43,474 nucleotides of DNA from Elsinoe ampelina (Eukaryota). Each line of letters begins with the position of its first letter. The stretch's first letter is position 1. The position numbers and the translations under genes were made by a program. Where the stretch lies: positions 386,677 through 430,150 of the forward strand of contig ML992517.1 of assembly GCA_010093995.1 (NCBI GenBank). The letters are read 5' to 3'. Positions 21,801 to 33,998 of this stretch are shown here, piece after piece. Below the pieces are notes generated by a model. It worked only from the letters and a program-made list of their open reading frames with translations. It was not told where the DNA came from and made no database searches.

Positions 21801-24800
21801 TGATCGTTTCACAACGGGAGCCTGCGAGCAGAGCTGGCTGTGCTTTGGCTCTTTCCTCCATCCATTCTCAACTCGGCGGCATGGCGGCAGGGTTCCACCT
21901 CAAAACGATCGTCGGTCTGCTTATGTCGCTGGCTTCCGATCAACATCCGACAGTTCACTATTGGGCTCTTGAGAGCTTGAGCCGAGTGGCCGATTCCGCT
22001 GGACTCACGTTTTCAGGCTTTGTCTCTGGGTGTATTGGTCTGCTTGGTCAGCTGTACATCGCCGACACACACAACATGGATTCCTCCTTGGAAGCCTCGT
22101 CCAATCTGGAGATGGAGCACAACACGGTCGTGAAGATTACAAAATGTGTCGACGCCATCATCAACGTTCTTGGTCCAGATCTGCAAGACATGGTCAAGTC
22201 GAGAGAGATGATCCTCACTCTGATCCGGCAGCTGGAAGAAGAGAAGGATGCCTCAGTACTCGCTGCGACCTCGAAGTGCTTGGAGAATCTTGCTGTGTAC
22301 GCTCCTGGTCATATGGAATTCCAACAATACGTCCAGCGGATACAAGCTGACTTGTCCTCGACGAGCGCAGAGCTTCGCAACACAGCGATAGTAGGTGTTG
22401 CCAATCTGATGCGCAGAGATGCTCAAGAGATCATTGATCTCGCTAAGCCTGGTCTGGAAGAGCGCCTCTGGGAGCTTCTGGACGAGGATACCCAGCGAAA
22501 AGAGATTAGAGGCATCTTCGAGAATTGGCTTCAGCAATCTGGCTTGACCGACTGTCATGACTGGGTGCGCAGGTGCAACAGCGTCCTCACAAAATCCAGA
22601 GCAAGGATCGAGGAGAAGACGCCTCAAATTCCTCAGCAGGCCGCGCAGGATATCCAAGATGACGAGGTCGCCGGCTTTGCTGCGGCTGCTGGCGTCAAAG
22701 AGGAAGAAGCTGGAGCACCATCATCTGCACTGGAACTGATGCGATGGCCAGTCCGACTATTCGCCATGGATCTCCTGGCCGACCTCATCACGATTGTCGC
22801 GAAGGACGCCGCCTTCAACGACGAGTCGCCTGCCCAGGCTTCGTTACAGCAGGAGGTGGCTGATGTGGTCAAGATCGCTTTCTCGGCTTCGACGGCCGGC
22901 GTGGTGGAGTTGAGGATCCGAGGTCTTGGTATCTTGGACAAGATCCTTAAGGTCAGTCTACTCAGACAAACTGCATGGGCAATACTGACAAACGTAGATG
23001 TTCGGCGGCACACCAGATCCTGACTTTGTGGACGCAATGCTGCTCGAGCAGTACCAAGCACAGATCAGCTCGGCACTCACACCTGCTTTTGCTGCCGATT
23101 CCTCCCCAGAGCTTGCGGCTGAAGCCGTGAATGTCTGCGCGACGTTTATCTCGATAGGCATTGTGACAGACGTTGAGCGGATGGGACGTATTCACAAGCT
23201 GCTCGTGTCTGCCTTGGACTCCTTCGCAGGTAAGTTTTGCAAGTCTCGGATCGACTTGAGACATGTACTGACAACGTTCAGTGGACTCTGAGGTGGCCTC
23301 AATCGGTGATCTGAAGGGTCTGACCTCAAACACCCAAGTCATGGTCAAGATGGCTGTCTTTTCTGCTTGGGCTGATTTGCAGATCGCTTCGTCCGAGCAG
23401 AAGTATCTGGAGGATGTAGTGAAGCCCCATGTCGCAAGGCTCACACCCTTGTGGCTGTCATCGCTTCGAGAGTATGCTCGATTACGTTTCGAGCCAGACG
23501 CTTCGAGTAGCTCAAGCGCTGCCATGATCAACCAAGGTCCTGAGGCTTTGTATGCAGCCCTGAACAGAGAGACGCTGCTAAAGGTGAGATCGTGTCGTCA
23601 GCAGAGCGACCAGAGCTAACGATGTTGCAGTTCTACCAGGAATCTTGGCTGCGTTTCGTGGACGCCATTGCCAGTCTCATTGACGAGGACAGCGAATTCG
23701 TCTTTGATGCTCTCGATGGCAAGACAGATCAACCTTCCACCAATGGCGTCAAGCATGACAAGCAGGAGATGATCAACTACCGAGAAGAGCCGACGGCATT
23801 CTTCTTCGTGCTTTTCGGGCTCGCGTTCGAGGCCCTGGCTGCCCGCTTCGATGATCGAGACTCGTTGGCCAGATCGAGGAGACTGGACATTTTACAGGCT
23901 TTGAAGAAGATTTTGCGTCCGTCGGTAGCTGGGACTGCTATCTACCAGGATGTCATCTTCACAGAGACTATGGATCTGCTCGATCGTATGGTCTTGACCG
24001 AAGGCATTGATGTGCAAACAACCATTGTCGAGATCGCTCGGAACATGTGTATTGCGCACCCCTCGTCACGCAAGCCGGACGACGTCGAAGACGAGAATCT
24101 GTCTGAGGATATCGATCAGCTGTTCGAGCTCACCAGGATCATCGTGCTTGTCCTTGCGGGACTCATTCCAGGTGTGGCAGAGAGCAACAGACCTACCAGA
24201 GCAGAGATCTCCGGTGAGGGAGTGGTCCTCATTCGACTCGCTCTAGACGCTCTGGTCGACGCTGCCGAAGTCTTTCCCTCGATCATCAAGAGTGATCTTC
24301 ACGCTTGTATTTTCCATCTCTTCATCACCATTCTCGGCACTGCTTCCTGCCAGGCAGCTGTTGTACCTACAGCGCTACCTATTTTCCGCCGCTTCCTGGA
24401 CAGCATCTCCCGCGATGCAAACTCCGAGACTCGCAAGCAGATCCGTAACACGCTTGCTCGCTTCCTCGCCATTCTCAAGAATGCGCAGAAGCGTGAGAGT
24501 GAGGCCTCGTTGCCTTGCGAGAAGAACACTATTTTGGCATCCACTATTCTCATCACCACCGCGCAAACGGTTTTTGCGCCTGGAGACAAGAGTATACTGC
24601 GCTTCGTTGGTGAGGTCGCTGAAGCGTTGAACTACCCGACCACGACCAAGATGGCAGCTGGATGTGCAAGGTCACTTCTGCTGATTTCCAGCAAGTCTTC
24701 TGTGCAAAGCACGATCGTTTCAATATTGCTACCTCGGTTGGTCACCTTCCTTACCACGCCATCGGAGATGGAAGAGTTGGAGGAGACATCCTCGACCCTC

Positions 24801-25139
24801 GCTTCCGCGCTCGTAAATTTTGCAACTACACCTCGAACTCAGATGGGCGACCAGACAAAAGCGAGGACCGCCGCCTACGCGCTCGTCATGCCGATTCTAC
24901 TGGCAAGGGCACACACGCAAGAAGAGACCGGCAAGACCAATACAAGTGATACAGCGACTAAACTGCTGGAGATGGCTGCGGCAGACCAGGCCGCTTTCAG
25001 GGTTGGGGTTATGAAGCTCGAGCAGGATCGGCGAACTTACATGGAGAAGATCCTGCGAGAAGGTGGGGCTGGGAGGAAGCAGGAGGCCGTGCAGGAAGAG
25101 AGGGAAGAGCCGAAGATTGCTCTGCGGATGAACTTTTGA
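18801..25139 (+). CDS. LAA1: Large HEAT-repeat AP-1 accessory protein (Laa1/Sip1/HEATR5 family)
   Basis: Six exons (introns 21231-21277, 21635-21682, 22952-22997, 23230-23281, 23584-23630) give ~2000 aa. Motifs LMSLGPSFVKIHLPQLLLLWRNA, AEALGRLA, RAGCALAL..IHSQLGGM, PDPDF..LLEQYQAQISSALTPAF, and C-terminal PKIALRMNF. Confidence 0.92.
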
Positions 25140-25261
25140 TACCCTAGACATGGACAAGTCATGTAGATAAGGAGGCTGCATAAGGAAACCCCATCTATCA
25201 GTACAGCTAAACTACAAACGTTCCATTCGTTAATCATCTCCACCCCTCCAACCATACTTTC

Positions 25262-26962
25262 TCACCTGACACTAACGCTACTCTTCCCCTTCTCCTCATC
25301 GCTCCCCTCCGCACTCGCTGCATCCCTACTCGACCGGTCCAAGCTTCCCGACCCCCTCTCCTCATCCCCCTCCCTCGGCCCAAACGTCCCAAAGTAATCC
25401 AAATCATCCACCTCACCCACGCCCTCCACCGGACTAACCCAATTCAACCCCACAAACCACGCCATACTCAACAAGGTCCCCAACGGCCACGCCATGTAAT
25501 ACATCTGACTCCAGCCCGCAAGTTCTGTCGTCGGGTCCTGCACCCTCTTGACGAAACCCGGCAGGGTCATCCACACGCCTCCCACCCACGCGACAAACGC
25601 CCTCCAATTCCACCCCTTGCGGAACCAGTAAACACTGCTCGCGTCCAACTTGAACAAATCCGTCAACTTCAACCTCCTGCGCCTGAGCAGGAAATAATCC
25701 CCAAACATGACGCCCGTCATGGGGCCGAGGAAAACGCCGTACCCGCCCAGGACGTTGAGGAACTTTGACGCGCCGTTGAGGAGTTGCCACGGCTGCACGA
25801 CGAAGGCGAGGGCCGACATGAGCAGCATGCCGCGGCGGATGGTGAAGGCGCGGGGGAACAGGGCGCTGAGGTCCATGCCGGCCGAGAGGCCGTTGTTGGC
25901 GACCACCATGCCGAATTGGGCGACGGCGAAGGCGAGGGAGGCGAAGGCGACGGCGGCGCGGGAGCGCGGGGAGTCGTCGTGGTGGCGCTGGAGGGCGGAG
26001 AGGAGGTTGTAGGGTTCCCAGAGGAGGGTGCCTGCGTTTTCCGGGTAGAGGGTCGCGGCGCAGGAGGTGCAGATTATGCCGACTAGGGCGACGATGATGG
26101 TGCCGAGGGGCACCATGATGAGTTGCGCGAGGATTTGGTCTTTGGGTTTGCGGGCGTAGCGGGTGTAGTCGCTCTGCACGTAGATGTGGACGCTGATGGA
26201 GGAGATGTTGGTGCAGATGCCGAGGATGAGCATCCAAGCGAGACGCGAGCCGGTGGCCGGGGTGGTGATGACGGAGACGTCGGAGACGAAGGAGCCGGCG
26301 GAACCGGTGCGGGCGAGGAAGTAGATGAGGAGGGCGAGGATGGTGGGGATGACGAGGGCGCAGGAGATGAGGAACGGGATGCGGTAGTGTTCTGGTCGGA
26401 TCCAGATGAGGGGGAGGTAGAGGAGAGTGAAGATGATGAAGGAGGTGAAGTCGGCGGTGGTCATGGTGCCGTTGGCGAGGGGGCGGTCGACGCGTGCGAA
26501 CGAGGGCCAGATGGCGGTGAGGAAGACACGGATGCATTGGCCTCCCCAGTAGACTTGGGTGGAGAACCAGATGCAGGCGAGGAAGACACGTTGGATTACG
26601 ACGAAGACGAAGCCGTGGACGCCCCAGGGGGATTTCTGGATGATGGGGAAGCCAATGTGCCATTTGGCGCCCGGAGCGCCGGAGAGGACGCAGAAGATGC
26701 CCACGAGGAGATTACCGATGATGACGGTCAGCATGCATTGCCAGACGTTGAGGCCAAGGGCAATGAGGGAGGAGCCGGTGGTCCATCCACCGATGTTGAA
26801 GCTGCCAGTGATGACCCATAGTGTTACAAACTCCCATGGGCCAAAGGTGCGTCGCTCTGGGGGTAGTGGTGCGGTGTCGAAGTTGGCATGTGTGGTCGAC
26901 GACCCGTCACCCTTCTCCCGCTTCACCTCCAGTTTAGATACCAACGCGGAGAAACGACCCAT
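25262..26962 (-). CDS. NCS1 family (Fur4/Dal4-like) nucleobase/allantoin permease
   Basis: 566 aa multi-TM protein with P.PPERRT, G.PGAKWHIGFPI, SDYTRYA, LWEP, AGMDLSALFPR..TIRRG, QPWQLL, FLGPMTGVMFGDY, GWNWRAF motifs; intronless. Confidence 0.95.
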   Translation of the reverse strand: MGRFSALVSKLEVKREKGDGSSTTHANFDTAPLPPERRTFGPWEFVTLWVITGSFNIGGWTTGSSLIALGLNVWQCMLTVIIGNLLVGIFCVLSGAPGAKWHIGFPIIQKSPWGVHGFVFVVIQRVFLACIWFSTQVYWGGQCIRVFLTAIWPSFARVDRPLANGTMTTADFTSFIIFTLLYLPLIWIRPEHYRIPFLISCALVIPTILALLIYFLARTGSAGSFVSDVSVITTPATGSRLAWMLILGICTNISSISVHIYVQSDYTRYARKPKDQILAQLIMVPLGTIIVALVGIICTSCAATLYPENAGTLLWEPYNLLSALQRHHDDSPRSRAAVAFASLAFAVAQFGMVVANNGLSAGMDLSALFPRAFTIRRGMLLMSALAFVVQPWQLLNGASKFLNVLGGYGVFLGPMTGVMFGDYFLLRRRRLKLTDLFKLDASSVYWFRKGWNWRAFVAWVGGVWMTLPGFVKRVQDPTTELAGWSQMYYMAWPLGTLLSMAWFVGLNWVSPVEGVGEVDDLDYFGTFGPREGDEERGSGSLDRSSRDAASAEGSDEEKGKSSVSVR

Positions 26963-27132
26963 GGTTGTTTGACAGGCAAGGGTGATGTCAGGAACCGTGA
27001 GAGGACCTGACAGGGACGAACAGGGACAGGGAGCCTGTGAAGTACTCTCATGTCGCGGCGCCGATCCTACGATAACAAAGGCACGAGAGAGCAGCTCCTC
27101 CTCGTCAGCGAGCTCTGTGTACCCCCGCGTCT

Positions 27133-27156
27133 GATCCTTTCAGGGATCCTTTCAGG
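27133..27156. promoter_or_regulatory. Perfect 12-bp direct repeat in the divergent permease/dioxygenase promoter
   Basis: GATCCTTTCAGG twice in tandem (27133-27144, 27145-27156); function inferred only from position. Confidence 0.4.
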
Positions 27157-27872
27157 CGAGCCCTGAGAAATGCCACAAGATAGACTAGCCGTCCCGTGTT
27201 GATCCCTGAATAACCAGGCCAGTGACGAGGGAGATATGCAATGAGGCTTGATGTGAGGGCTGCAAAATGTAATTAAGCGATGTCGGCATAACCAGTATAG
27301 GTAGGGCTGAGTATGATGTAGGCGGGCGTTGAGGTGAATGTCTATTGGCTGATTGAGTCTAAGACGATGCGCCACCGATTGTCAAGGTCCCTCGGGTGGG
27401 TAACAAGCTCTCCTCAACATCGTCCGGCACTTGTGGTTGTACCTGTGCGCCGGATGATAGTGGTGGTGTGGTCGTACGGCAAGTTGTTGCTGCATCCTCT
27501 CTGTACGACGGCAGAGGTATAGGATTGTAACAGAGTATACTGTAGAAAGTCATGACAGTGAATTCGTCCATCGCCGGGCAGATTCCTCCATGTCTCGCAT
27601 TATCCATCGAGTTTTTTTACCTCATGGAAATGGTTCAACTAGCCGCGTACCGGCTTGTTATGATGCCACTTCACCGAGGAAATCGTGGTTAATAACCTTT
27701 CTCCCGCTAGTACTGGCATCTCGCAGTTGATACTTGATCCCCATGAGTTGTGCCCACTGTTTGTAGGGCATCTCTCTGTTGCGTCCGAGTGTTGCTTCAC
27801 CTTTGTGATCTTCTTGAGAGCGATATTGAAGAGATTCCCGCCCATCGAGTCGATCAATCAATTTCCGCAACA

Positions 27873-29025
27873 ATGACGACAACTCTCACAAAACTGGCCA
27901 AGCCGAGGACGATACGCCTCACTAATGGCACGTATTATACGCCAAACTCGAATGATCTCTCAAAAACCGAAAGACTACCTCTCATCGATGTTGCTAGGAT
28001 CTATAGTGACAACCTCGAGGATCGTAAAGCAGTAGCAGAAGAGATTCGAGAGGCGTCAAGGACCATTGGCTTCTTCTACATTGTCAACCATGTCCGTCTC
28101 TCACCACTGACTTCTCCGAGACTGAATACTAACGCTGTCAGGGCATCGACATGAAGCAAGCCAACGCCGTGCTTGATCAAGCCAAGGAGTTCTTTGCCCA
28201 ACCCAACGAGAAGAAGATGGAGGTGTGCACCGACTTGATCCCTGAGGAGTTCTGTGGTTACCATCCGATGGAGCATTACAACATCAACGGCTCTGCTCGT
28301 CGAGGTGAGACTTGCATACCAGCCCTTCCATCCATCGTGCTGACAACCTCCCAGACCTCCACGAAGCGTACAACTGGAACTACTCACCCGCCAAAGACCC
28401 CGACTTCCCCGACTCCTCCCTCCCGGAAATCAACCTCTGGCCCGAGAACATGCCCGAATTCCAAACCACCCTCTGCCAGTACCAAACCAACATGATCCGC
28501 CTCGCCCGCCGCATGACCCGCACCTTCGCCCTCGCCCTCCACATGCCAGAAGACTACTTCGACCCACACATCATCCGCCCCGAAGCCGGGTTGCGCATCC
28601 TGCACTACCCCGAACAGACGGCCTCACGCGACGACCAAAACGGCATCGGCGCCCACACGGACGTCGAATGCTTCACCATCATCGCGTGCGAATCCGAAGG
28701 CCTCGAAGTCCTCAGCAAATCCGGCGACTGGATCAAAGCGGAGCCGGTGCCGGGTGCTTTCGTCGTCAACATCGCCGACTGCTTCATGCGGCAGACGAAC
28801 GATTTCTTCGTCAGCACGATCCACCGTGTGATCAACAAGACGGGACGGGAGAGGTATTCGGTGCCGTTCTTCTGGGGGTTGGATAGGAAGATGCTCATGA
28901 GGCCCATCCCGACGTGTGTGGGTGAGGCGAATCCGCAAAAGTATCCTGAGATGACGGCTGGGGAGTATTATGCTTGGCGGACGACGAGGCAGAAGAAGAT
29001 GTGGAAGGAGGGTGATACGTCGTGA
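27873..29025 (+). CDS. 2-oxoglutarate/Fe(II)-dependent dioxygenase (DIOX_N + 2OG-FeII_Oxy; IPNS/thymine-7-hydroxylase-like superfamily)
   Basis: LPLIDV..A..IREA..IGFFYIVNHG; introns 28092-28141 and 28305-28354; N.WP, LRILHYP, HTD (HxD), VVNIAD, STIHRV (distal His), RYS (2OG-binding RxS). Confidence 0.95.
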
Positions 29026-29153
29026 GAAAAGAGGGGGAGTTCCAGAATGACGAACATGATGATGAGGGGAGGTGGGGTCCCAATAGCATAGCGTGTCTTC
29101 TTTGTATATATGCTGCATTACTTCCCTGGGTCATGCATGTCGTGCCGTTGCTA

Positions 29154-30834
29154 TCATGCGTATATCCCACCGTCCATCCCGTCGGTCGGCCCGAACCATT
29201 CTCCTGGCCATGGGATCTGCAACAGTTCGGGGGGTATCATCATCATCGGGTCTAAATCTGTTTCACTGATGGACAGGGTCTGGTCTGCCATGGGTATCAT
29301 TGGAGGTTGGAGAGGGATTTGTTCTTGAACCCTGTGGTCTTCTCGGGATTGTAAGAAGTGGTCAATGTCTCGCACGTGGTGTTGTAGGTTCTTCGCAGAC
29401 TGTCCTGCTGCTGGCAGACAGCCGTCGAGATTTTGTAACAGGTCCGCCATGCATAGCATAACGGTCCGCAACTTGGTATACTCGGATTTTGAGAGATCTT
29501 TGCCGATGAAACTGCTCAGTATCTGACCGAATCCTGAAAGCTCTTGGAGCATGCCCAAGCTCATTGCCCGGAGGAATTGTGGATGTATTGTCGATATCTT
29601 GTCGATAAGATTGTGAGCCGTCTGACATGCTTGGAGGAGGGTGGCTTCATTCGAGGTGAAGGCAAGCATTTCAACCAGTTGCATGGTACATACAATGTTT
29701 GCAGTCTGGTAGCCACAACGATCGCCTCGGACATCACTAGAGAAGGCAGTCGTCGTCTTGAAGCGGTCTGGAAGACTGTCATAAGCAGCGTTCAGCTGAC
29801 TCATGATCTGGTGGCCGAGGTGATCTTGCGAGATAAAGTCGGTTCTGAGCATTCTTCTGTCGATACTCTGGGGACTCCTCCCAAGTCTGAACCTGGTGAT
29901 CAGGTGTTCCATCCCCCGATAGAGATCCGTGACAAAGTTCCAGCCCGTCAACCACTCCATCTCGAGACCTGACATGGTCAAGAGTTCATCGGGTATGCCA
30001 GGATAGGCCACATTCGACTGCAGATCCGGGCAGCGTACCACATGACCCATGACAAGTGAGGTATGCACTTCAAGCCGATACATGTACCAAAAGAGTCGTC
30101 TTCGTTCTTCTCGTTCTATTGTCGTCATATCCGGCTTCCATTGCTTCTCATCGCAGAAGCCCTGCTCGGCGAGTGCGGCATGAAAGAAGCCAAACATCTT
30201 GTGTAATAGAGGTGCCATTCGTCGTTCCAAAGCTGTGACACATACGAGTCCCAAAGCCTGCATCATTTCCGTGGACCGCATCTGTGTAGTCTCATTCGGG
30301 ATGGCTGCGAGAGCTTCCTCAAGGTAGACATCGGGATTGACATGTAGAGAATCTCGTCGACCTTTCTCATTCACCGTCTGGAGTCGAGGAGCGCTAAGGG
30401 CGCAAATAGCCATAAGAAGTGCGTATGATGCTTGACTTGATGGAATCTGATCGCTGTGCCATTTCTCCCGGAATGATCGCTCGAAAACGACATTGACCAC
30501 AGGGTAGGACTGGAGAAAGTACAGGTCGATGAGATGCTGGACGAGTTCCCGTGAGCCATGCTTCTCATCGTTCAGAGTCCACCGGGCAAGACCTTTGCCT
30601 GGCTGTGGTTTCGCCCCTCTCCGCTTAGCTACCCGATTCCAGGTACATGGAACTCCGAAATCATGACAGGTGACGCAATCCGGTGCCTCGTCGTTCTTGG
30701 GAGCGCATCTGTGGTCTGTCAATCGTCGTAATATATGAATCAATTGATTCTACGAACTTTCTTCCTCTAGCGTGGCAGAAATCGCATGCTTTTGTGGCTC
30801 GTTGGCGCTTGATCGGTCCCGAATTGGTGGCCAT
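29154..30834 (-). CDS. Zn(II)2Cys6 transcription factor with fungal-specific middle homology region
   Basis: Exon 1 MATNSGPIKRQRATKACDFCHARGRK; intron 30757-30709; exon 2 CAPKNDEAPDCVTCHDFGVPCTW..KRRG completes six Cys; IDLYF..YP and IEREERRRLFW motifs. Confidence 0.95.
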
Positions 30835-31749
30835 GGCTAGGCCTGTAGAGGAGCTCTGGCCTACTGCAGCTGAGGCAGCCGATGCTTGTCGTGTACGCGA
30901 GATGTCGCGTAATGGTTACAGCATCTGGTCAAGGAACGTTGTTGAAGGGCGTGGGTCGTCTCGCATGCTTGGGGCGAAGAGGCATCACCGCGTGCTCTGG
31001 AGTAGCCGCCAAATGGACGCCCGGTCCGCTCGATGGACGTCCGCTGTGTATGGCACGACTGTCAAATGATGAAGCCGCCAGGTACGTTTATCGTTTACGG
31101 AACTGACTGACAGAGATTAGCGCTCGGAACAATTGCATGCGTGGCGCTCGGAGCACAAACGGCGTTTGAAGTGCAACGTGAGGCATGAACATCATGCCGG
31201 GGCGCCAGGGCACACGTCAGGCTACAGGGACACGACACGATTTGACGGGCCGATGTCGGATCTTGCCGGTGACTCCATAGTCCAAACTGTATCGCCAGAG
31301 GGCCATACCTGCGTTCGAACTTCGCGGTGTAGAACAATATTTCACCATCACGTCTGTATGTTTGCAACAGGATTGTCTCCAATTTTTCCTCACGCGTAGA
31401 TCAAATGCATTCTTGGACTTCTTTCGGCGTAGGCCGTCGTGGTAAAGTACAGCGGCCGGTCACGTGATATGCGGCTTTGTCAGCGAGAAGCATTCCCCAT
31501 CACCACAGCTCTCTACAACTCAAAACGACAAGCTCACTTACACATTCTCATGAGCCAAGCCACCTTCTCATGTACCTCATCCTCGAGAACTGATAGGATC
31601 GTGTTGTCGTTCGTCGTTGGCAAGTTGCCGCGAGCGTCACACGCGCCTTTCAGCTCGGCTCCACACCGTACAACTTCACCAAAACGCCTAATAACTCTAT
31701 ACATTCCCAGATGATCCCCAGATGCACCCCGGGACTGCATGGCCACTCT

Positions 31750-32585
31750 GCAAGCACAAATGCAGACCACCTCATCGGCACCTACATATCCAACATTAGA
31801 CAGCCTCTGCGCTGGAGAAAAAGCTCAGTCAGACTATCCAAGCAGCTGTCGCCAGATACAAAGTGGCTATTGTGCTCGATGGTCTGGACGAATGTTCAGA
31901 TGATAGTAGGATTCAGCTACGGGAAACCCTTTCACAATTGATGAAATTACCAGGAGTGCGACTACTTGCGAACAGCCGGCCCCTTCGCGCATATGAAGTC
32001 TTGTTCAAGAACTGCACGACGTTGCGCCTGGAAGCTCTGACATGGCATGATGTTGAGAGGTATGTGATGGATAAGTTGCATTTCAAAATGCACGGAGACT
32101 TGTATGGAGGGAACACCCGTGCCAACATGATCAGTCTCATTTGCAACCGAGCCAGCGGCGTATTTCTATAGGTAGCGGATGTGGTTGATTCGATCGTTAA
32201 AGGCATTGAAGAGGAGGATACGTACGACGATCTCACGAAACGCGTCGGGATGCTGCTCACAGAACTTCATGACATGCTCGCGGCTATGCTATCTAAGATG
32301 GATCCAATCCACATCAGCCGCGCTGAAAGATATTTTCGCCTAGTCATGTCTGCGGCGCAGACGATCGAAGTCATCCAGCTTCTGGCGGATCACGGTGAAG
32401 ATCTTCAAGCTTCAACCTTAGCATTAGATGCAGCTGTGGCCGATTCCAACGGTGTATTACTTCCTCTCAATTGCAACTCCACTTTCTCTGCTTGTTTCCA
32501 AGCAAGCAGATTTCCTCGCCGGGCGCCACTTGCACGAAGGTGGCTTTCGCAGATGAGGAGGAATTCACCACCACAATTGGACTGA
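31750..32585 (+). pseudogene. Degenerate NACHT/NLR-like (STAND) gene fragment
   Basis: One frame reads H*TASALEKKL..VAIVLDGLDEC (Walker B)..RLLANSRP..LRLEALT.HDVERYV..RASGVFL*V..SIVKG..EL..ML. Stops at 31797 and 32169 fall where Trp is expected (WT; GVFLWV). No intact P-loop or start upstream. Confidence 0.85.
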
Positions 32586-32736
32586 TGCATGATATAGCCT
32601 TCAACATCCATGGCCGGCACGTCGTATCCCCAGCCGTCATGAAACATACCGACCTCACCGAAGACGCAATCACACTTCGTTTCGTTCCGCACAGCGCTGG
32701 TAAGCCACAGGGACTTTACATACTGCTCCTTGGTAT

Positions 32737-33599
32737 CTACAACTTATGCTTCTTCTCCCCACTCGCAATCTTCCTGAACTCCTCCTGCGGAATCCCCTTG
32801 ACAAACCTATCCAACCCGCCAATCACCTCCGCCACCCCTTGCGCATCCAATATATCCCTCTCCGGTCTCTGAATCAACGCCTTGATCTTCACCAAACTAT
32901 CCTGATTCAAATGCGTCCCCAACCTCTCATCAACCTCATGCAACACCTCCTTCATGAACGCCCCCGTATCCCCTGGCTTCGTGTCAAAGACCTTGTTCAC
33001 AAACCCCGTCTGCACCAGCTCCTCGATCGAGATGCGCTTCGACATGATCAACGCCTCGTTGGCCTTGCTGAGACCCAACCTCGTGACGAAGGCGCGAGAC
33101 GCACCGCCTTCCGCCACGAGACCGAGAGAGGAGAAGGGCGTGAGGAGGAACGTGTGCGGTGTTGCGTAGATGAAATCTGAGAAGGCGACGAGCGCGGCCG
33201 AGAGACCGATCGCGGGACCGTTGAGGGCAGTGATGAGGATCTTGGGGTGCGTGTAGAAGGCGTGGGTGATGTGGAGGTTGTTGGAGACGAAGGATTTGAG
33301 GAAGTGGCGCTTCTTGTCGCCGTCGTCGGGGGCTTCGCGGGAGATGGTCACGTCGGCGCCGCTGTGAGGGGGTTAGTCTGGCGGGGAGGGGGGAGAGGAG
33401 CGGGAACGTACGCCGAGAAGAAGCGGCCGTTGCCGGTGAGGATGGTGATGTAGATATCGTCTCGGGTGCCGATTTCGTGCATGAGTTGGGCGACGCGGTA
33501 GTAGAGATCCTGGGTCATGGCATTGAGTTTCTTGGGGATGTTGAGGGTGATGATGGCGATGCGGCCTTTGGTCTCGAAGGTGACTTCTTGGTCGGCCAT
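32737..33599 (-). CDS. ECI1: Peroxisomal delta3,delta2-enoyl-CoA isomerase (crotonase family)
   Basis: IITLNIPKKLNAM..LTGNGRFFSAGAD (intron 33411-33362), ALNGPAIGLSAALVA, PFSSLGLVAEGG; PTS1-like C-terminus KKHKL. Confidence 0.93.
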
Positions 33600-33998
33600 G
33601 ATTGCGGTGATGACGAATTTGTTGTATATGCTGGTATGGGAAGGCAGCAGATATGGTACAAGGTCAAAATCTACTGCGAAAGGGCGCCAATATAGTTGGG
33701 AAGAGTAGCCATGGTCAGCATGAGTTTGTCCTCGGCCGTTCTCGATTGCTAAAGAGTTTCCCCACACTTGTTTGGACCTCGGCACCGATGAGTGAACCAA
33801 CAGTGGAGTTTGGGTGGACCTCAAGCTTTCGGAAGACGGGCAGATCTCGAAGTTGGCCTGTGCTCAGATCTCAAAAGTTGAATGCGAAATGTGAAATGTG
33901 AGCAACAGGCAAAGAACCACATCACCAGCGAGCATAGTTTATGCCCTTTTGTCTGCGCGTAGTCAACTTATATCAGTAACGAACTGATATCTATCATC

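Noticed and set aside
25434..26663. 409-aa His/Arg/Pro-rich alternative-frame ORF and several antisense ORFs over the permease
   Set aside because: Shadow ORFs produced by the extreme GC3/C-ending codon bias of the real gene; no domain features.
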